Assembly: GCA_018672055.1 (NCBI GenBank)
Contig: JABHGM010000001.1
Span: forward strand, 824,093-888,092
Reading direction: 5' to 3'
Source: a bacterium
Lineage (GTDB): Bacteria > Patescibacteriota > Patescibacteriia > UBA1558 > UBA10009
DNA: 64,000 nucleotides
In this document: positions 27,067-37,176 of the stretch, piece by piece
Position numbering within the stretch: position 1 is the stretch's first letter
How the letters are laid out: each line of letters starts with the position of its first letter
Translations under genes and position numbers: made by a program
Notes under the pieces: generated by a model
Databases searched by the model: none
What the model was told of the DNA's origin: nothing
What the model saw: the letters and a program-made list of their open reading frames with translations, nothing else

Positions 27067-27834
27067 TTATAGACTAAAATGGGAAAAATGTTTAACGGTT
27101 GCTCCGTCTAAATATTTTTCAATACTCATTTTATCTTCTTTAATATATGGTTGCTTAATTAAGCAAACCTCGGAGTAATATTTATTTACCTTACCTTCTA
27201 AGATCTTTTCAATAATTTCATCTGGCTTATTTTCTTTCTTTAACTGTTCTTTGTAAATTTCTTTTTCTTTATCTGTCTCTTCTTGAGGTACATCTTCAGG
27301 CTTTATATATTTAGGATTCATAGCTACAACTTGCATAGCAACTTCTTTAGCCTTAGCAATGTCTCCGCCTTCTAAAACTACAACAGAAGCAACTTTCTTA
27401 TTTGAATGTAAATAACTAGCCATAACTTCACCTTCAATAATATCAAATGAACTTACATTAATATTTTCACCTATCTTAACAATTAAATTATTTTTAATTT
27501 CTTGATCTGCCCACTCATTAAACTTGTCTTTACCAAGTTCAAAAAGCTTATCTGCAAAATCAGCTGAGGCTTTTTTAAAATCATCATTTCTAGCTACAAA
27601 ATCAGTTTCGCATGCCAAAGCTACTACAGCAATCTTACCAGCTTCTTCTTTAATTGAAATTATTCCTTCAGAAGTAGAACGTTCTGCGCGTTTAGCTGCC
27701 ATTTGTTGACCTGACTTTCTTAATATTTCAATAGCTTTTTCTTCATTACCTTCTGCCTTATCTAAAGCATCTTTAATATCACCCATTCCAGCACCTGTTT
27801 CAACACGTATTTTTTTTATTAATTCTATACTCAT
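27067..27834 (-). CDS. tsf: translation elongation factor Ts
   Basis: N-terminal UBA-like ELIKKIRVETGAGMGDIKDAL. Synteny with rpsB. Confidence 0.88.
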   Translation of the reverse strand: MSIELIKKIRVETGAGMGDIKDALDKAEGNEEKAIEILRKSGQQMAAKRAERSTSEGIISIKEEAGKIAVVALACETDFVARNDDFKKASADFADKLFELGKDKFNEWADQEIKNNLIVKIGENINVSSFDIIEGEVMASYLHSNKKVASVVVLEGGDIAKAKEVAMQVVAMNPKYIKPEDVPQEETDKEKEIYKEQLKKENKPDEIIEKILEGKVNKYYSEVCLIKQPYIKEDKMSIEKYLDGATVKHFSHFSL

Positions 27835-27842
27835 ATTTTATT

Positions 27843-28565
27843 TTATTTATCTTTTTTAACTGGAAGCTCTTCTACTTTCTTTGAGCCTCTACCTTCAATA
27901 ACAGCTTTTGATACTAATTCAGTAATCATTTGAATTGATTTAATAGCATCATTATTTGCTGGAATTGGAAAATTAACTTTCTCTGGATTATCATTAGCAT
28001 CAACCATAGCAACAGTTGGTACACCTACCTTTTTAGCTTCAGCCAAAGCTGTTTTTTCTTTCTTAATATCTACTAAGAAAATAGCGTCAGGTAAAGTAGT
28101 CATTTCTTTAATTCCGCCAACTAAATCAGTTAACCTAGTAATTTCTCTTTCAAAATCAAGTTGTTCTTTTTTAGTATACTTACTAAGTTCACCACTTTCT
28201 CTTTGTTGTTCTAACTCTTTTAATTTATTAGTTAACCTAATAATATTATCAAAATTAGTAAAAGTACCACCCAACCATCTAGATGAAATAAAAGGCATCT
28301 GACAATTAGTAGCTTCTTTTTTAACAATATCTTTAGCTTGATCTTTTGAGGAAACAAAAAGAACCACACCATCTGTGGCTACTATTTTTGTAACAAAATC
28401 TAAAGCTTTCTTCAATTCTTCAGCTGTTTTCTCTAAATCTATGATACTTATTTGATTCCTAGCCCCAAAGATAAAGGGCATCATTTTAGGATGTCTTTTT
28501 GATACTTGATGACCAAAATGAACACCGTTTTTGAGCATTTCTATGAGCTCTGGTATTTGTGGCAT
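27843..28565 (-). CDS. rpsB: 30S ribosomal protein S2
   Basis: N-terminal LKNGVHFGHQVSKRHPKM. Confidence 0.92.
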   Translation of the reverse strand: MPQIPELIEMLKNGVHFGHQVSKRHPKMMPFIFGARNQISIIDLEKTAEELKKALDFVTKIVATDGVVLFVSSKDQAKDIVKKEATNCQMPFISSRWLGGTFTNFDNIIRLTNKLKELEQQRESGELSKYTKKEQLDFEREITRLTDLVGGIKEMTTLPDAIFLVDIKKEKTALAEAKKVGVPTVAMVDANDNPEKVNFPIPANNDAIKSIQMITELVSKAVIEGRGSKKVEELPVKKDK

Positions 28566-28703
28566 ATATTATGCGCTCCTTTCTTCCACCATTTCTTGTT
28601 AACCCTTAAATAGGCAAGGAGAGATATAAGAAATGTGTGTGTTATTAATTATTATTAATTTTCAAGAGTTTACCATAATACATATATTTTGGCAATAGCC
28701 AGC

Positions 28704-28961
28704 TTATTGATATACATCATGACTACCTACTGAATGGAAATATACTTTATTTTCATTAACAAATTCGAATATTATACGATATTTATAACCAATAGAAAAA
28801 GACCAAAATTCTTTCAGTCTTCCTGATAATTTATGAGTTTTTAATGATTTATCAAAAGGATTATGCCTAAACTTTATTTCATTCTTTTCAGCTATATCCT
28901 TTATATTATTTGATAATTTCTTATATTCCCTTTTAAATTTAGAGGAGTAAATTATCTCCAT
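28704..28961 (-). CDS. type II toxin, RelE/ParE superfamily (YafQ-like)
   Basis: 85 aa. FKREYKKL and HKLSG...KEFWSFSIGYKYRIIFE resemble YafQ/RelE. It sits downstream of the RHH antitoxin gene. Confidence 0.6.
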   Translation of the reverse strand: MEIIYSSKFKREYKKLSNNIKDIAEKNEIKFRHNPFDKSLKTHKLSGRLKEFWSFSIGYKYRIIFEFVNENKVYFHSVGSHDVYQ

Positions 28962-28969
28962 AAATCTCT

Positions 28970-29185
28970 TTAACGTAAATCTTTAAGAGACCCTAGTTTT
29001 TTACCCTGTCCTTTATTTATTTGTTTCTGACTCTTTTTAATTCCTAATACTATTCTGTCTTCCATCCAAGATCTTAACAAATCTCGAAAGAATTCGCTAG
29101 TACTAGCATAATGACCTTTTTTAACAGCCTGCTTTACAGTACTAGCCATTTCAGAAGGTAGAGATAAGTTTATAACTTCACGCAT
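28970..29185 (-). CDS. ribbon-helix-helix antitoxin (ParD/CopG-like)
   Basis: 71 aa. STSEFFRDLLRSW helix typical of ParD-like RHH antitoxins. A palindromic operator lies upstream. Confidence 0.55.
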   Translation of the reverse strand: MREVINLSLPSEMASTVKQAVKKGHYASTSEFFRDLLRSWMEDRIVLGIKKSQKQINKGQGKKLGSLKDLR

Positions 29186-29200
29186 ATTTATATATATTAA

Positions 29201-29221
29201 TTGTAATACATTGTATTACAA
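29201..29221. promoter_or_regulatory. perfect 10-bp-arm palindrome ttgtaataca-t-tgtattacaa; candidate operator of the TA operon
   Basis: Located 16-36 nt upstream of the antitoxin start on the minus strand. Confidence 0.5.
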
Positions 29222-29268
29222 CAATATCATAATATATTACTTTGTCAAGAGTATGATATAATGAATAT

Positions 29269-29667
29269 ATGAAAAAGATGAAAAAAATATGGGCTGGACG
29301 TTTTTTTTGGAAAGTACTCTCTTCTACATGGGGAGTTATTGCCATGTCTTTGTTTATGATAGAATTCTTTACATTTAATGATTATCTAGTTGCCACAAGC
29401 AGTGTAGCCGTAATATATATAGCAGTTCTAACTATGTATGTAGGTTCCAAAGAATTTTTTAGATGGAGACAAAAAGATACCTTTAAATCACGTTATTTCG
29501 GTGAAATACACATTATTCTATGGACTTTACTATTTGTAGTATTTACCCTATTTGCTTTCTTTTCTAAAGGTTACTTTAAACTACCAACTGAATTTTTAGC
29601 AACATATATCTCAACATTAGGTATATTTGCTATTACTATGCAATCTAAAAGCTTTAGTAAGAAATAA
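29269..29667 (+). CDS. hypothetical membrane protein
   Basis: 4 predicted TM helices. An extended -10 (tgatataat) lies immediately upstream, so the mRNA may be leaderless. Confidence 0.45.
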   Translation: MKKMKKIWAGRFFWKVLSSTWGVIAMSLFMIEFFTFNDYLVATSSVAVIYIAVLTMYVGSKEFFRWRQKDTFKSRYFGEIHIILWTLLFVVFTLFAFFSKGYFKLPTEFLATYISTLGIFAITMQSKSFSKK

Positions 29668-29719
29668 GGCTACTTCAATACTTGACAAATATCTCAAATT
29701 ACCTTAAAATACTCAGCAT

Positions 29720-30022
29720 ATGAAAAAAGACACACATCCAGATTATAATGCTAAAGCTAAGGTTACTTGCGCTTGCGGTAACACTTTTTCTATTGGTTCT
29801 ACTGTAAAAGAGCTAGATGTTGAAATTTGTTCAGCATGTCATCCATTCTACACAGGTAAGCAAAAATTAATTGATACTGCTGGTAGAGTTGATAAGTTTA
29901 AGGCCAGAGCTGCTAAGAAAGAAGAAGTTGCTAAGACTAGAAAAGGTAAAAAAGCCAAAAAAGCTAAGTCTCAAGCCAAGAAAACAGTTAAAGTTAAAGC
30001 AAAAAAATCAGATAAAAAATAA
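29720..30022 (+). CDS. rpmE: 50S ribosomal protein L31 with lysine-rich C-terminal extension
   Basis: [18 protein letters not shown]...[13 protein letters not shown], followed by a ~35-aa K/A-rich tail. Confidence 0.88.
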   Translation: MKKDTHPDYNAKAKVTCACGNTFSIGSTVKELDVEICSACHPFYTGKQKLIDTAGRVDKFKARAAKKEEVAKTRKGKKAKKAKSQAKKTVKVKAKKSDKK

Positions 30023-30100
30023 CTTAAATATCCTTTAAAAGGTTTTTGTATTTACACAGAAACCTTTTTGATTTACACAACATAGTATATAATTAAATAT

Positions 30101-31162
30101 ATGAATAATTTAGAAAAAAAACTTAAAGAATTTAAAGATAAATTCGATGAATTAGAACGCAACTTACAATCTGCGGATGTTATTAATGATCCTAAAAAAT
30201 TAGGTAAGCTTTCTAAAGAATATAATGAAGTAAAAGAAATTATTGATCATTCAAATGAATTAAATAAGGTAAGTAAAGAAATTAAAGAATTAAATGAATC
30301 TTTAACTAAAGAAAGTGATGAAGAATTAATTAAAATGACTGAAGAAGAATTACAAATACTATACTCTAAAGAAACTGAATTAAATACACATTTAACTGAT
30401 TTATTAAATCCAAAAGATCCTCTTGATAAAAAAAATATAATCATGGAAATAAGAGCAGGTACCGGTGGTGATGAATCTGCCCTATTTGCTGCAGATCTTT
30501 TTAAGATGTATTCAAAATATGCAGAAGCAAAAGGATTTAAGACTAAACTAATTTCTCAAAATAAAACCACGATTGGTGGCTTTAAAGAAATAATATTTGA
30601 AATTGAAGGACAAAACGTATATGGAAATTTAAAATATGAAAGTGGAGTCCATAGAGTACAAAGGGTACCTGAAACTGAAAAATCTGGAAGAATTCATACA
30701 AGCGCTGCAACTGTAGCTGTACTTCCTGAAGCAGAAGAAGTGGATATGAGTATTAACCAAAAAGATTTAAGAATAGATACATTTTGTGCTGGCGGTCATG
30801 GAGGACAAAGCGTTAATACTACTTATTCAGCAGTTAGAATAACTCACTTACCTACTAATATAGCTGTATCCTGCCAAGACGAAAGAAGTCAACTACAAAA
30901 TAAATTAAGAGCTATGACTATTTTAAGATCAAGATTACTTGCTCATCAAGAAGAAAAAAGAAGAAAAGAGTTAAGTGATAATAGAAAAGGACAAATTGGT
31001 ACTGGTGACAGAAGTGAAAAAATAAGGACATATAATTTCCCACAAGACAGAATGACTGATCACAGAATTAAATTAACTTTGCATAATTTAGATAAAATAC
31101 TAAATGGTAATATTGATGAAATAATCGCTAATCTTAAAGCTGAGGCAAGTAAGGAAGTATGA
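30101..31162 (+). CDS. prfA: peptide chain release factor 1
   Basis: GGQ motif ([11 protein letters not shown]) and PET (PxT) tripeptide. The TGA stop overlaps the prmC start. Confidence 0.9.
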   Translation: MNNLEKKLKEFKDKFDELERNLQSADVINDPKKLGKLSKEYNEVKEIIDHSNELNKVSKEIKELNESLTKESDEELIKMTEEELQILYSKETELNTHLTDLLNPKDPLDKKNIIMEIRAGTGGDESALFAADLFKMYSKYAEAKGFKTKLISQNKTTIGGFKEIIFEIEGQNVYGNLKYESGVHRVQRVPETEKSGRIHTSAATVAVLPEAEEVDMSINQKDLRIDTFCAGGHGGQSVNTTYSAVRITHLPTNIAVSCQDERSQLQNKLRAMTILRSRLLAHQEEKRRKELSDNRKGQIGTGDRSEKIRTYNFPQDRMTDHRIKLTLHNLDKILNGNIDEIIANLKAEASKEV

Positions 31163-31902
31163 ATATAAAAGAAGTCCTTGAATACGGGGAAGATAAATTA
31201 AAACATATTGATTCAGCAACATTAGATGCTGAATTATTATTATCATATACAATTAATAAGGAAAAAGAATATATATACACTTATCCTTATAAAGAGATAA
31301 GTAAAAAAAATTTAAATAAATATATTAAATTACTTAAAAAAAGAGCTAAGTATATTCCTCTTGCTTATTTATTAGAATATAAAGAATTTTATGGTTTAAA
31401 ATTCAAAGTAAACAAACATGTTTTAGTACCTAGACCCTTAACTGAAGCATTGGTAGATAAAGCATATGAAGTAATTAAAGATAGTAATATTAAAAATATC
31501 GTAGAAATAGGTACTGGCTCTGGAGCAATAATTATTGCCTTAGTCCATAAACTAGGAAAAGAAAGTAAAAATTTTAATTTTTATGCTACTGATATATCAA
31601 ATAAGGCATTAAAAGTAGCTAAGTATAATGCAAAAGAAAATAAAGTAAAAAAATATATTACTTTTAAAAAAGGTAATCTCTTAAAACCAGTTAAACATAT
31701 TAAAATAGATTTACTTTTAACTAATCTTCCCTATTTAAATAAAGATGATATGAAAGAATTAAGTATTAGCAAAGAACCAAAAACTGCTTTACTTGAAAAA
31801 GATCATTATAAAAAGTTTTTTAAACAAACAAAAAAGTACCTTACTAAGGTACCTATTATAATATTTGAAGATAAAAAAGGTATTACTACTCAAAACTTAT
31901 AA
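31159..31902 (+). CDS. prmC: release-factor glutamine N5-methyltransferase (PrmC/HemK)
   Basis: [10 protein letters not shown] motif I and NLPY catalytic motif. Translationally coupled to prfA. Confidence 0.8.
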   Translation: MNIKEVLEYGEDKLKHIDSATLDAELLLSYTINKEKEYIYTYPYKEISKKNLNKYIKLLKKRAKYIPLAYLLEYKEFYGLKFKVNKHVLVPRPLTEALVDKAYEVIKDSNIKNIVEIGTGSGAIIIALVHKLGKESKNFNFYATDISNKALKVAKYNAKENKVKKYITFKKGNLLKPVKHIKIDLLLTNLPYLNKDDMKELSISKEPKTALLEKDHYKKFFKQTKKYLTKVPIIIFEDKKGITTQNL

Positions 31903-32427
31903 TAACTTCTTTAATATCTCTTCTCCTTCTATCCATTCTCCTAAATCAGCCCTTGGATTTATATGACCATGATCTCCGATATTAATAAATTCACTGCCCC
32001 ACTTTTCAGCAAAATGCTTAGCTCTATCTATTTCTAAATAAGGATCAGTAGTACTAGCAACTAAAATAGTTCTAAATGATAACTTATTAAGAGGCATTGG
32101 TGCAAAACCAATAGCTTCTTTTGGTATACTTGAAGCATCAACATCAGCTGGAGCTACTAACATAGCTCCTTTTATTTTATCACTATTTTCTTGAGCCCAA
32201 TGCATTATTAAAGGACACCCTAAGCTATGAGCTAATAATATAATATCATAATCTTTATTCTTCTTTATAGCGTTATCCAATTCCTTAACCCAATCACTGC
32301 ATACTGGATTAAACCAATCTTTTTGCTCTACTCTTTCAATATTATCAAACTTAGATAAAAATAGAGTCTGCCAGTGTTTTGGACCAGCATCACTTATACC
32401 TGGTAAAACTAATATCTTATTATCCAT
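31897..32427 (-). CDS. RBBP9/YdeN-family serine hydrolase
   Basis: 176 aa. AHSLGC nucleophile motif and family-typical length. Confidence 0.55.
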   Translation of the reverse strand: MDNKILVLPGISDAGPKHWQTLFLSKFDNIERVEQKDWFNPVCSDWVKELDNAIKKNKDYDIILLAHSLGCPLIMHWAQENSDKIKGAMLVAPADVDASSIPKEAIGFAPMPLNKLSFRTILVASTTDPYLEIDRAKHFAEKWGSEFINIGDHGHINPRADLGEWIEGEEILKKLL

Positions 32428-32430
32428 ATA

Positions 32431-32940
32431 TTATTCAAAAGCCTGATAAGTATAGCCATTAGGAGCTAACTCTGTAAAATTAAATCTAGGACACTCCCCT
32501 TTACCAATATCTAATTGAGTTGTTTCAAAATCAGTAACTTGAAAAATAACAAAAGGTCTACTGCATCCAAATTCACCACGATCAAACCTTTGATATCGAT
32601 AATATTTCTGAACATCATTTACAGGATCAAATGGTCTTATAGATAATAAGCCAATATTAACCATAGGATCTAAAAAGCTTGAATCAGCAATATCATTACT
32701 TTTATCCCAACCTTCTCCATCATTATCATTAGTAGCTGGATACTTACCATTTGCTTGATTATAATACTCCAAAGCTTTTATAATAGTCTGTGAATCTGTA
32801 TTACGTCTAAAATCACGTATTTTACGCCATCTATTATTTAAATAAACAATTGAAAACATTAAACAAGCAATTAGAACAACAACCATTAATACTTTTGATA
32901 ATACTCTAGTTAAAGGATTACCAGTTCCTTGTGTATCCAT
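32431..32940 (-). CDS. hypothetical secreted/membrane-anchored protein
   Basis: N-terminal TM helix, no family recognised. Confidence 0.45.
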   Translation of the reverse strand: MDTQGTGNPLTRVLSKVLMVVVLIACLMFSIVYLNNRWRKIRDFRRNTDSQTIIKALEYYNQANGKYPATNDNDGEGWDKSNDIADSSFLDPMVNIGLLSIRPFDPVNDVQKYYRYQRFDRGEFGCSRPFVIFQVTDFETTQLDIGKGECPRFNFTELAPNGYTYQAFE

Positions 32941-32943
32941 TTT

Positions 32944-33951
32944 TTAAAAATTAATATTAGTAAGTGGTGGTATAATCTGAATCCAAGTTTTACCTGGTTT
33001 CAATAAAATTAATTCATCTTGATTTGTATAATATTGAGTTTTTAACTCTTTATCTTCTTTTTCCCAATATCCTTCTACTACTTTACCATTTTGAAAAATT
33101 ACAGTTTTACCTGTACCCAATGTTTGCATACCTAGTCTCTCAATATCAATTAACCAACTTTTTACGAATTGAACAATTACTTTATCACTAGTTATTTGTT
33201 TACCTTCATGATCTGTAAACTCTACTCCCCCATTATATCTATAATATAAATTATCTTCGCAGTTATATATCCATTGTACTTGATAATTGTAATATGAATA
33301 ATCAATTAATATTTCTGGTTCTTGAGGACACTCTACACTTTTAGAATAATTATATTCATTAGCTATATATTCTATTTCTCTATCTTTTAAACTACTTATC
33401 TCGCTCCATAACTGACTATTAGTATAAACATTATGTGGCCAATCATATCTACTACCTCTATCATAATATATTTCATCACCACTCATCTCATTTATATCAA
33501 TTATACTATAATCTTTAATTGCTTCCAAGCTACCAGGGCTACCACCTACATGAAATAAAGCAGGATCATATTCTAAAGCCCAGTCTAGAAAATATGCTCT
33601 AAGTGATCTAACAGGTCCAATCTTAGCTACTTCGTCACTATAGTTATAGATACCCATTAAACGAGTAATACCACCTTCAACTAAAGCCTCATAAACAATT
33701 GAAGCTTTATCTAAACCAAATTGAGGACGTATGTCAGTAGCATTTTCAATCATAATAGCTACTGGATTATATTCAATTAACTCTTTTGTCTTCTCACCTG
33801 TTAATGGATTAACAAAAAGAAGACTATCAATTTGATAGTCTTCTTTAGAGTATATATTAAATATTGTAAGTGTTAAGGTTACGCCAAATATTCCAAGTGC
33901 AATAATTATAAATAGAGTAACGGGTAAATATTTTTCTAATTTTCTAAACAT
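32944..33951 (-). CDS. DUF3048-like (YerB-like) membrane-anchored protein
   Basis: Start re-assigned to MFRKLEKYL (ATG at 33951). The 58-codon K-rich extension in the track overlaps the rplY tail in another frame of the same purine-rich repeat. Confidence 0.5.
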   Translation of the reverse strand: MFRKLEKYLPVTLFIIIALGIFGVTLTLTIFNIYSKEDYQIDSLLFVNPLTGEKTKELIEYNPVAIMIENATDIRPQFGLDKASIVYEALVEGGITRLMGIYNYSDEVAKIGPVRSLRAYFLDWALEYDPALFHVGGSPGSLEAIKDYSIIDINEMSGDEIYYDRGSRYDWPHNVYTNSQLWSEISSLKDREIEYIANEYNYSKSVECPQEPEILIDYSYYNYQVQWIYNCEDNLYYRYNGGVEFTDHEGKQITSDKVIVQFVKSWLIDIERLGMQTLGTGKTVIFQNGKVVEGYWEKEDKELKTQYYTNQDELILLKPGKTWIQIIPPLTNINF

Positions 33952-33955
33952 TATA

Positions 33956-34681
33956 TTATTTTTTTTCTTCAGGCTTTCCTTCTTCTTTCTTGGCTTCACC
34001 TTCTTTTGCTTCACCTTCTTTACCTTCTTTCTTTTCTTCACCTTCTTTTGCTTCACCTTCTTTGCCTTCTTTCTTTTCTTCACCTTCTTCGCCATCTGTT
34101 TCTTCTTCAACTGTAGGCTCTTCAATAATTATCTTAGCCTTAGCAGTAGCCACAACTGATTCAAGATCAGCTTTAACTGTAATGCTTTCAGGTATATCTA
34201 AATCTTTAACTTGAATTACATCACCAAATGAATTAACAGAACTAATATCTACTTTAATTTCATGTATTAAATCAGCAGGCATACATGATATTTCTAAACT
34301 ATCTAATGGTTGAATCATAGTACCAGCTAATTCTTTAACAGCTCTTGATTCACCAAAAAAGATTAAAGGAATCTTAGTATGAATCTCTTTATTCATATCA
34401 ACGATATAGAAATCAGCGTGAATTGCCTTATCAGTTAATGGATGAAATTGTACATTACTAATAATTACCTTAACAGCTTTATTATCATCAATTAATAGGT
34501 CAATTAAAGCACTTTTACCAGCTTCTTTGAATACTTTAGTAAAAGCCTTTAAATCTACGTTTAAATGTTGATTTTTTTGCTTATCACCATATAATTCAGC
34601 AGGTACATTACCCTTCTCTCTTTCTAAATTAATCTCTTTAGTAGGTATTTCTCTTGTTTTTACCTTAAGTTCTATTGCCAT
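33956..34681 (-). CDS. rplY: 50S ribosomal protein L25/general stress protein Ctc with E/K-rich C-terminal tail
   Basis: N-terminal L25 beta-barrel region plus tail EGEEKKEGKEGEAKEGEEKKEGKEGEAKEGEAKKEEGK. Confidence 0.8.
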   Translation of the reverse strand: MAIELKVKTREIPTKEINLEREKGNVPAELYGDKQKNQHLNVDLKAFTKVFKEAGKSALIDLLIDDNKAVKVIISNVQFHPLTDKAIHADFYIVDMNKEIHTKIPLIFFGESRAVKELAGTMIQPLDSLEISCMPADLIHEIKVDISSVNSFGDVIQVKDLDIPESITVKADLESVVATAKAKIIIEEPTVEEETDGEEGEEKKEGKEGEAKEGEEKKEGKEGEAKEGEAKKEEGKPEEKK

Positions 34682-34763
34682 AATATAATAGGTTATATTT
34701 AATCTTGGCTTGTATTCTATGTAAAAATCATATATTTGTCAAGGACAACACTAAACAAATAAT

Positions 34764-35876
34764 CTAATTAAAATACTTATCCCTATTTCTAAGATGTATA
34801 TTATGAATAATGCCTAAAGCAATTAAAGTACTAATTAAAGAGCTACCTCCATAACTTACTAAAGGTAGCGGGAGTCCGGCAATTGGTGCGAGTCCCATAT
34901 TCATGCCTATGTTAATAAATAGCTGAGCTATTAAAAAAGTTAAAATGCCTAATATTAAAAATATTGAATAATCATCACTAGCTTTTTTTAATATCTTAAA
35001 TATCCTATAGAATAAAGTAAAGAATAATACAAGTAATATGGAAGCTCCAATAAAGCCTAATTCTTCAGCAATTACGGCGAATATGAAATCAGTTTCTTGT
35101 GCTGGTAGAAAATTAAGTTGACTTTGAGATCCCAGAGCTAAACCTCTACCAATAAATTGACCGGAACCAACAGCAATTATTGATTGCGTTACATTGTAAC
35201 CCGTACCAAGTGGATCATTCTGAGGATTCATAAAAGTTAATATTCTATCTCTTTGATAATCTTGAAATACAAATGACCATGAAATAACTAGAAGTATAAT
35301 AAATATAGCGAACATTTTAAAATAGAATTTCTTTTTAAGTGGCAAAACTGCTACTATTAAAATCCAAATTGATAAAAGAATCATAGCAGATCCAAAATCA
35401 GGCTGAATAATTACTAAACCAACTAAACCTCCGGTTACTATAGCTGAAATAATAATATATTTTAAAACTTTTAAATCTTTAGCGTGTATGCTAAAAAACT
35501 TAGCTAAGAAAATAACTAAAGCTATTTTAACTAGCTCAACTGGCTGAATAGTTGTTCCGCCTATTTCAAACCAACCTCTGGCACCACCTAGGGTTACACC
35601 TAAGCTTAAAACAAGAAGTAATACTAAAAAACTAATTATTATAATTACTTTGTAATAATCTCCCCAAAAATGATGATTAACAAAACTAACTAAGAAAAAT
35701 AGGATTAAACCTATTATTACAAAAATAACTTGTTTTTTAAAAAGTGTAAAATCTGGGTCAGCTGTATTAAACTGTAACGAATAAAGAGCAGATAAACCAA
35801 AAAAAATTAACAACAAAATGTTAATAATTAAGAACCAATCAAAAGATCTAAATTTTCTAAATAATTTTAGTGGCAT
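34764..35876 (-). CDS. SEDS-family peptidoglycan glycosyltransferase (FtsW/RodA)
   Basis: 10 TM helices and conserved C-terminal PLPxVSYGGSS motif. Confidence 0.85.
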   Translation of the reverse strand: MPLKLFRKFRSFDWFLIINILLLIFFGLSALYSLQFNTADPDFTLFKKQVIFVIIGLILFFLVSFVNHHFWGDYYKVIIIISFLVLLLVLSLGVTLGGARGWFEIGGTTIQPVELVKIALVIFLAKFFSIHAKDLKVLKYIIISAIVTGGLVGLVIIQPDFGSAMILLSIWILIVAVLPLKKKFYFKMFAIFIILLVISWSFVFQDYQRDRILTFMNPQNDPLGTGYNVTQSIIAVGSGQFIGRGLALGSQSQLNFLPAQETDFIFAVIAEELGFIGASILLVLFFTLFYRIFKILKKASDDYSIFLILGILTFLIAQLFINIGMNMGLAPIAGLPLPLVSYGGSSLISTLIALGIIHNIHLRNRDKYFN

Positions 35877-35888
35877 TTATATTATAAT

Positions 35889-36743
35889 TTAATACAAATC
35901 TCCTGCTTCTCCTGGTATAGTATAGGTTATTGACTGATCAAGCAAGTCCACATATGGATAAACGTCTACTTTAGTAATTCTTGGTAATCTTTCAAACCAA
36001 CTAACTTCACCTACTCTGGTACTATTTCCTAAGAATTCTCCTAGTTTAATTTGATTAACTCCGGAAATAGTATCACCAGAATAAATAATAACTAAGAAAT
36101 CTACTTCCCAAAAATTATATAAAGTATTATTTAAAACATTAAATGTAACCTTACTCCTATCTTCTTCACCTTCTGCAGTAAATTCTATATCAGATATATT
36201 AAAATTAATTTCAGGTAAATTCTGATACGGTTTAATTAAAGTCATTTCCAAATCTAATATCTTAAACTCAGGCACACCTATTCTTGAATGTGAAGTATTA
36301 GCATAACTAACTAAATATTTTTCTTGATTTGGTAATAGATAAACAGTTGAAGATGGACTAGTAAAAAAACTACTTTCAAACTGATACACTAATTTATCAA
36401 CTTGCCACCTATTATTAGGATTAGCAATTTTAGTTAAAATATCATACTTACCTTCTCCAGTATAAATTACCGTAGATTCACTAACAACTAAAGTATTTGG
36501 CTTAATACTGTCATGATATGCTTCAAAATCTAAATTAATAGTACCAATACCACTTATAGCTCTATTTAAATCTTTTTGCTCTTTAAAATGAATTACCCAG
36601 CCATAAATACTAAAGCTAACAGTAACAAAACAAACAAGAGCTAAAAAAATAGTTATAGCCTGCTTAAAACGTTTTATATGAGTTATTAACCAATAACCCA
36701 CTTTAAGTCTTCTGTCTGAAATATCATTTATCTCATAATCCAT
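35889..36743 (-). CDS. hypothetical membrane-anchored protein
   Basis: One TM helix near the N-terminus. Co-oriented with the SEDS gene. Confidence 0.45.
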   Translation of the reverse strand: MDYEINDISDRRLKVGYWLITHIKRFKQAITIFLALVCFVTVSFSIYGWVIHFKEQKDLNRAISGIGTINLDFEAYHDSIKPNTLVVSESTVIYTGEGKYDILTKIANPNNRWQVDKLVYQFESSFFTSPSSTVYLLPNQEKYLVSYANTSHSRIGVPEFKILDLEMTLIKPYQNLPEINFNISDIEFTAEGEEDRSKVTFNVLNNTLYNFWEVDFLVIIYSGDTISGVNQIKLGEFLGNSTRVGEVSWFERLPRITKVDVYPYVDLLDQSITYTIPGEAGDLY

Positions 36744-36817
36744 ATCATATATTCTATCATATTTCCCATTTTTTATAAATCTTGGTATAATAATATTGAT
36801 TTAATATAATATAAAAT

Positions 36818-37114
36818 ATGCTAGAAACTTCAAAAGATCTTCTAAATTTAGTAATTGCTTTTTGTATTCTCTGGTTTACTGTATTTCTTTGTTGGATGCT
36901 CTTTTACTTTGCTTCTATCTTGAAAAAGGTAAATGAAGTAATGGGTAAAATGACCGGAACTCTTGACGCTGTAACTCAATTTTTTACAAAAGCTAAAGAA
37001 AAATTAGATAGCTTTGGTTCTTCTCTCTCAGTTATTCTAGGACTATCTCAAAGAATTTTTGATAAGGTAGTAGATAAGAAGAAAAAAGCTACTAGAAGCA
37101 AAACAAAAAAATAA
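36818..37114 (+). CDS. small membrane protein (hypothetical)
   Basis: 98 aa with one TM helix and a basic C-terminus. Confidence 0.4.
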   Translation: MLETSKDLLNLVIAFCILWFTVFLCWMLFYFASILKKVNEVMGKMTGTLDAVTQFFTKAKEKLDSFGSSLSVILGLSQRIFDKVVDKKKKATRSKTKK

Positions 37115-37176
37115 TTTACTTTTAAAATGCCTCCATGCTTATGCCATATAGTTTGGGGGCTTTGTAATCAAAAAAT

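Noticed and set aside
33952-34125. 58-codon lysine-rich N-terminal extension of ORF 32944..34125
   Set aside because: It overlaps the rplY C-terminal tail on the same strand in another frame of a purine-rich tandem repeat. An internal ATG at 33951 gives a normal N-terminus with a TM helix.
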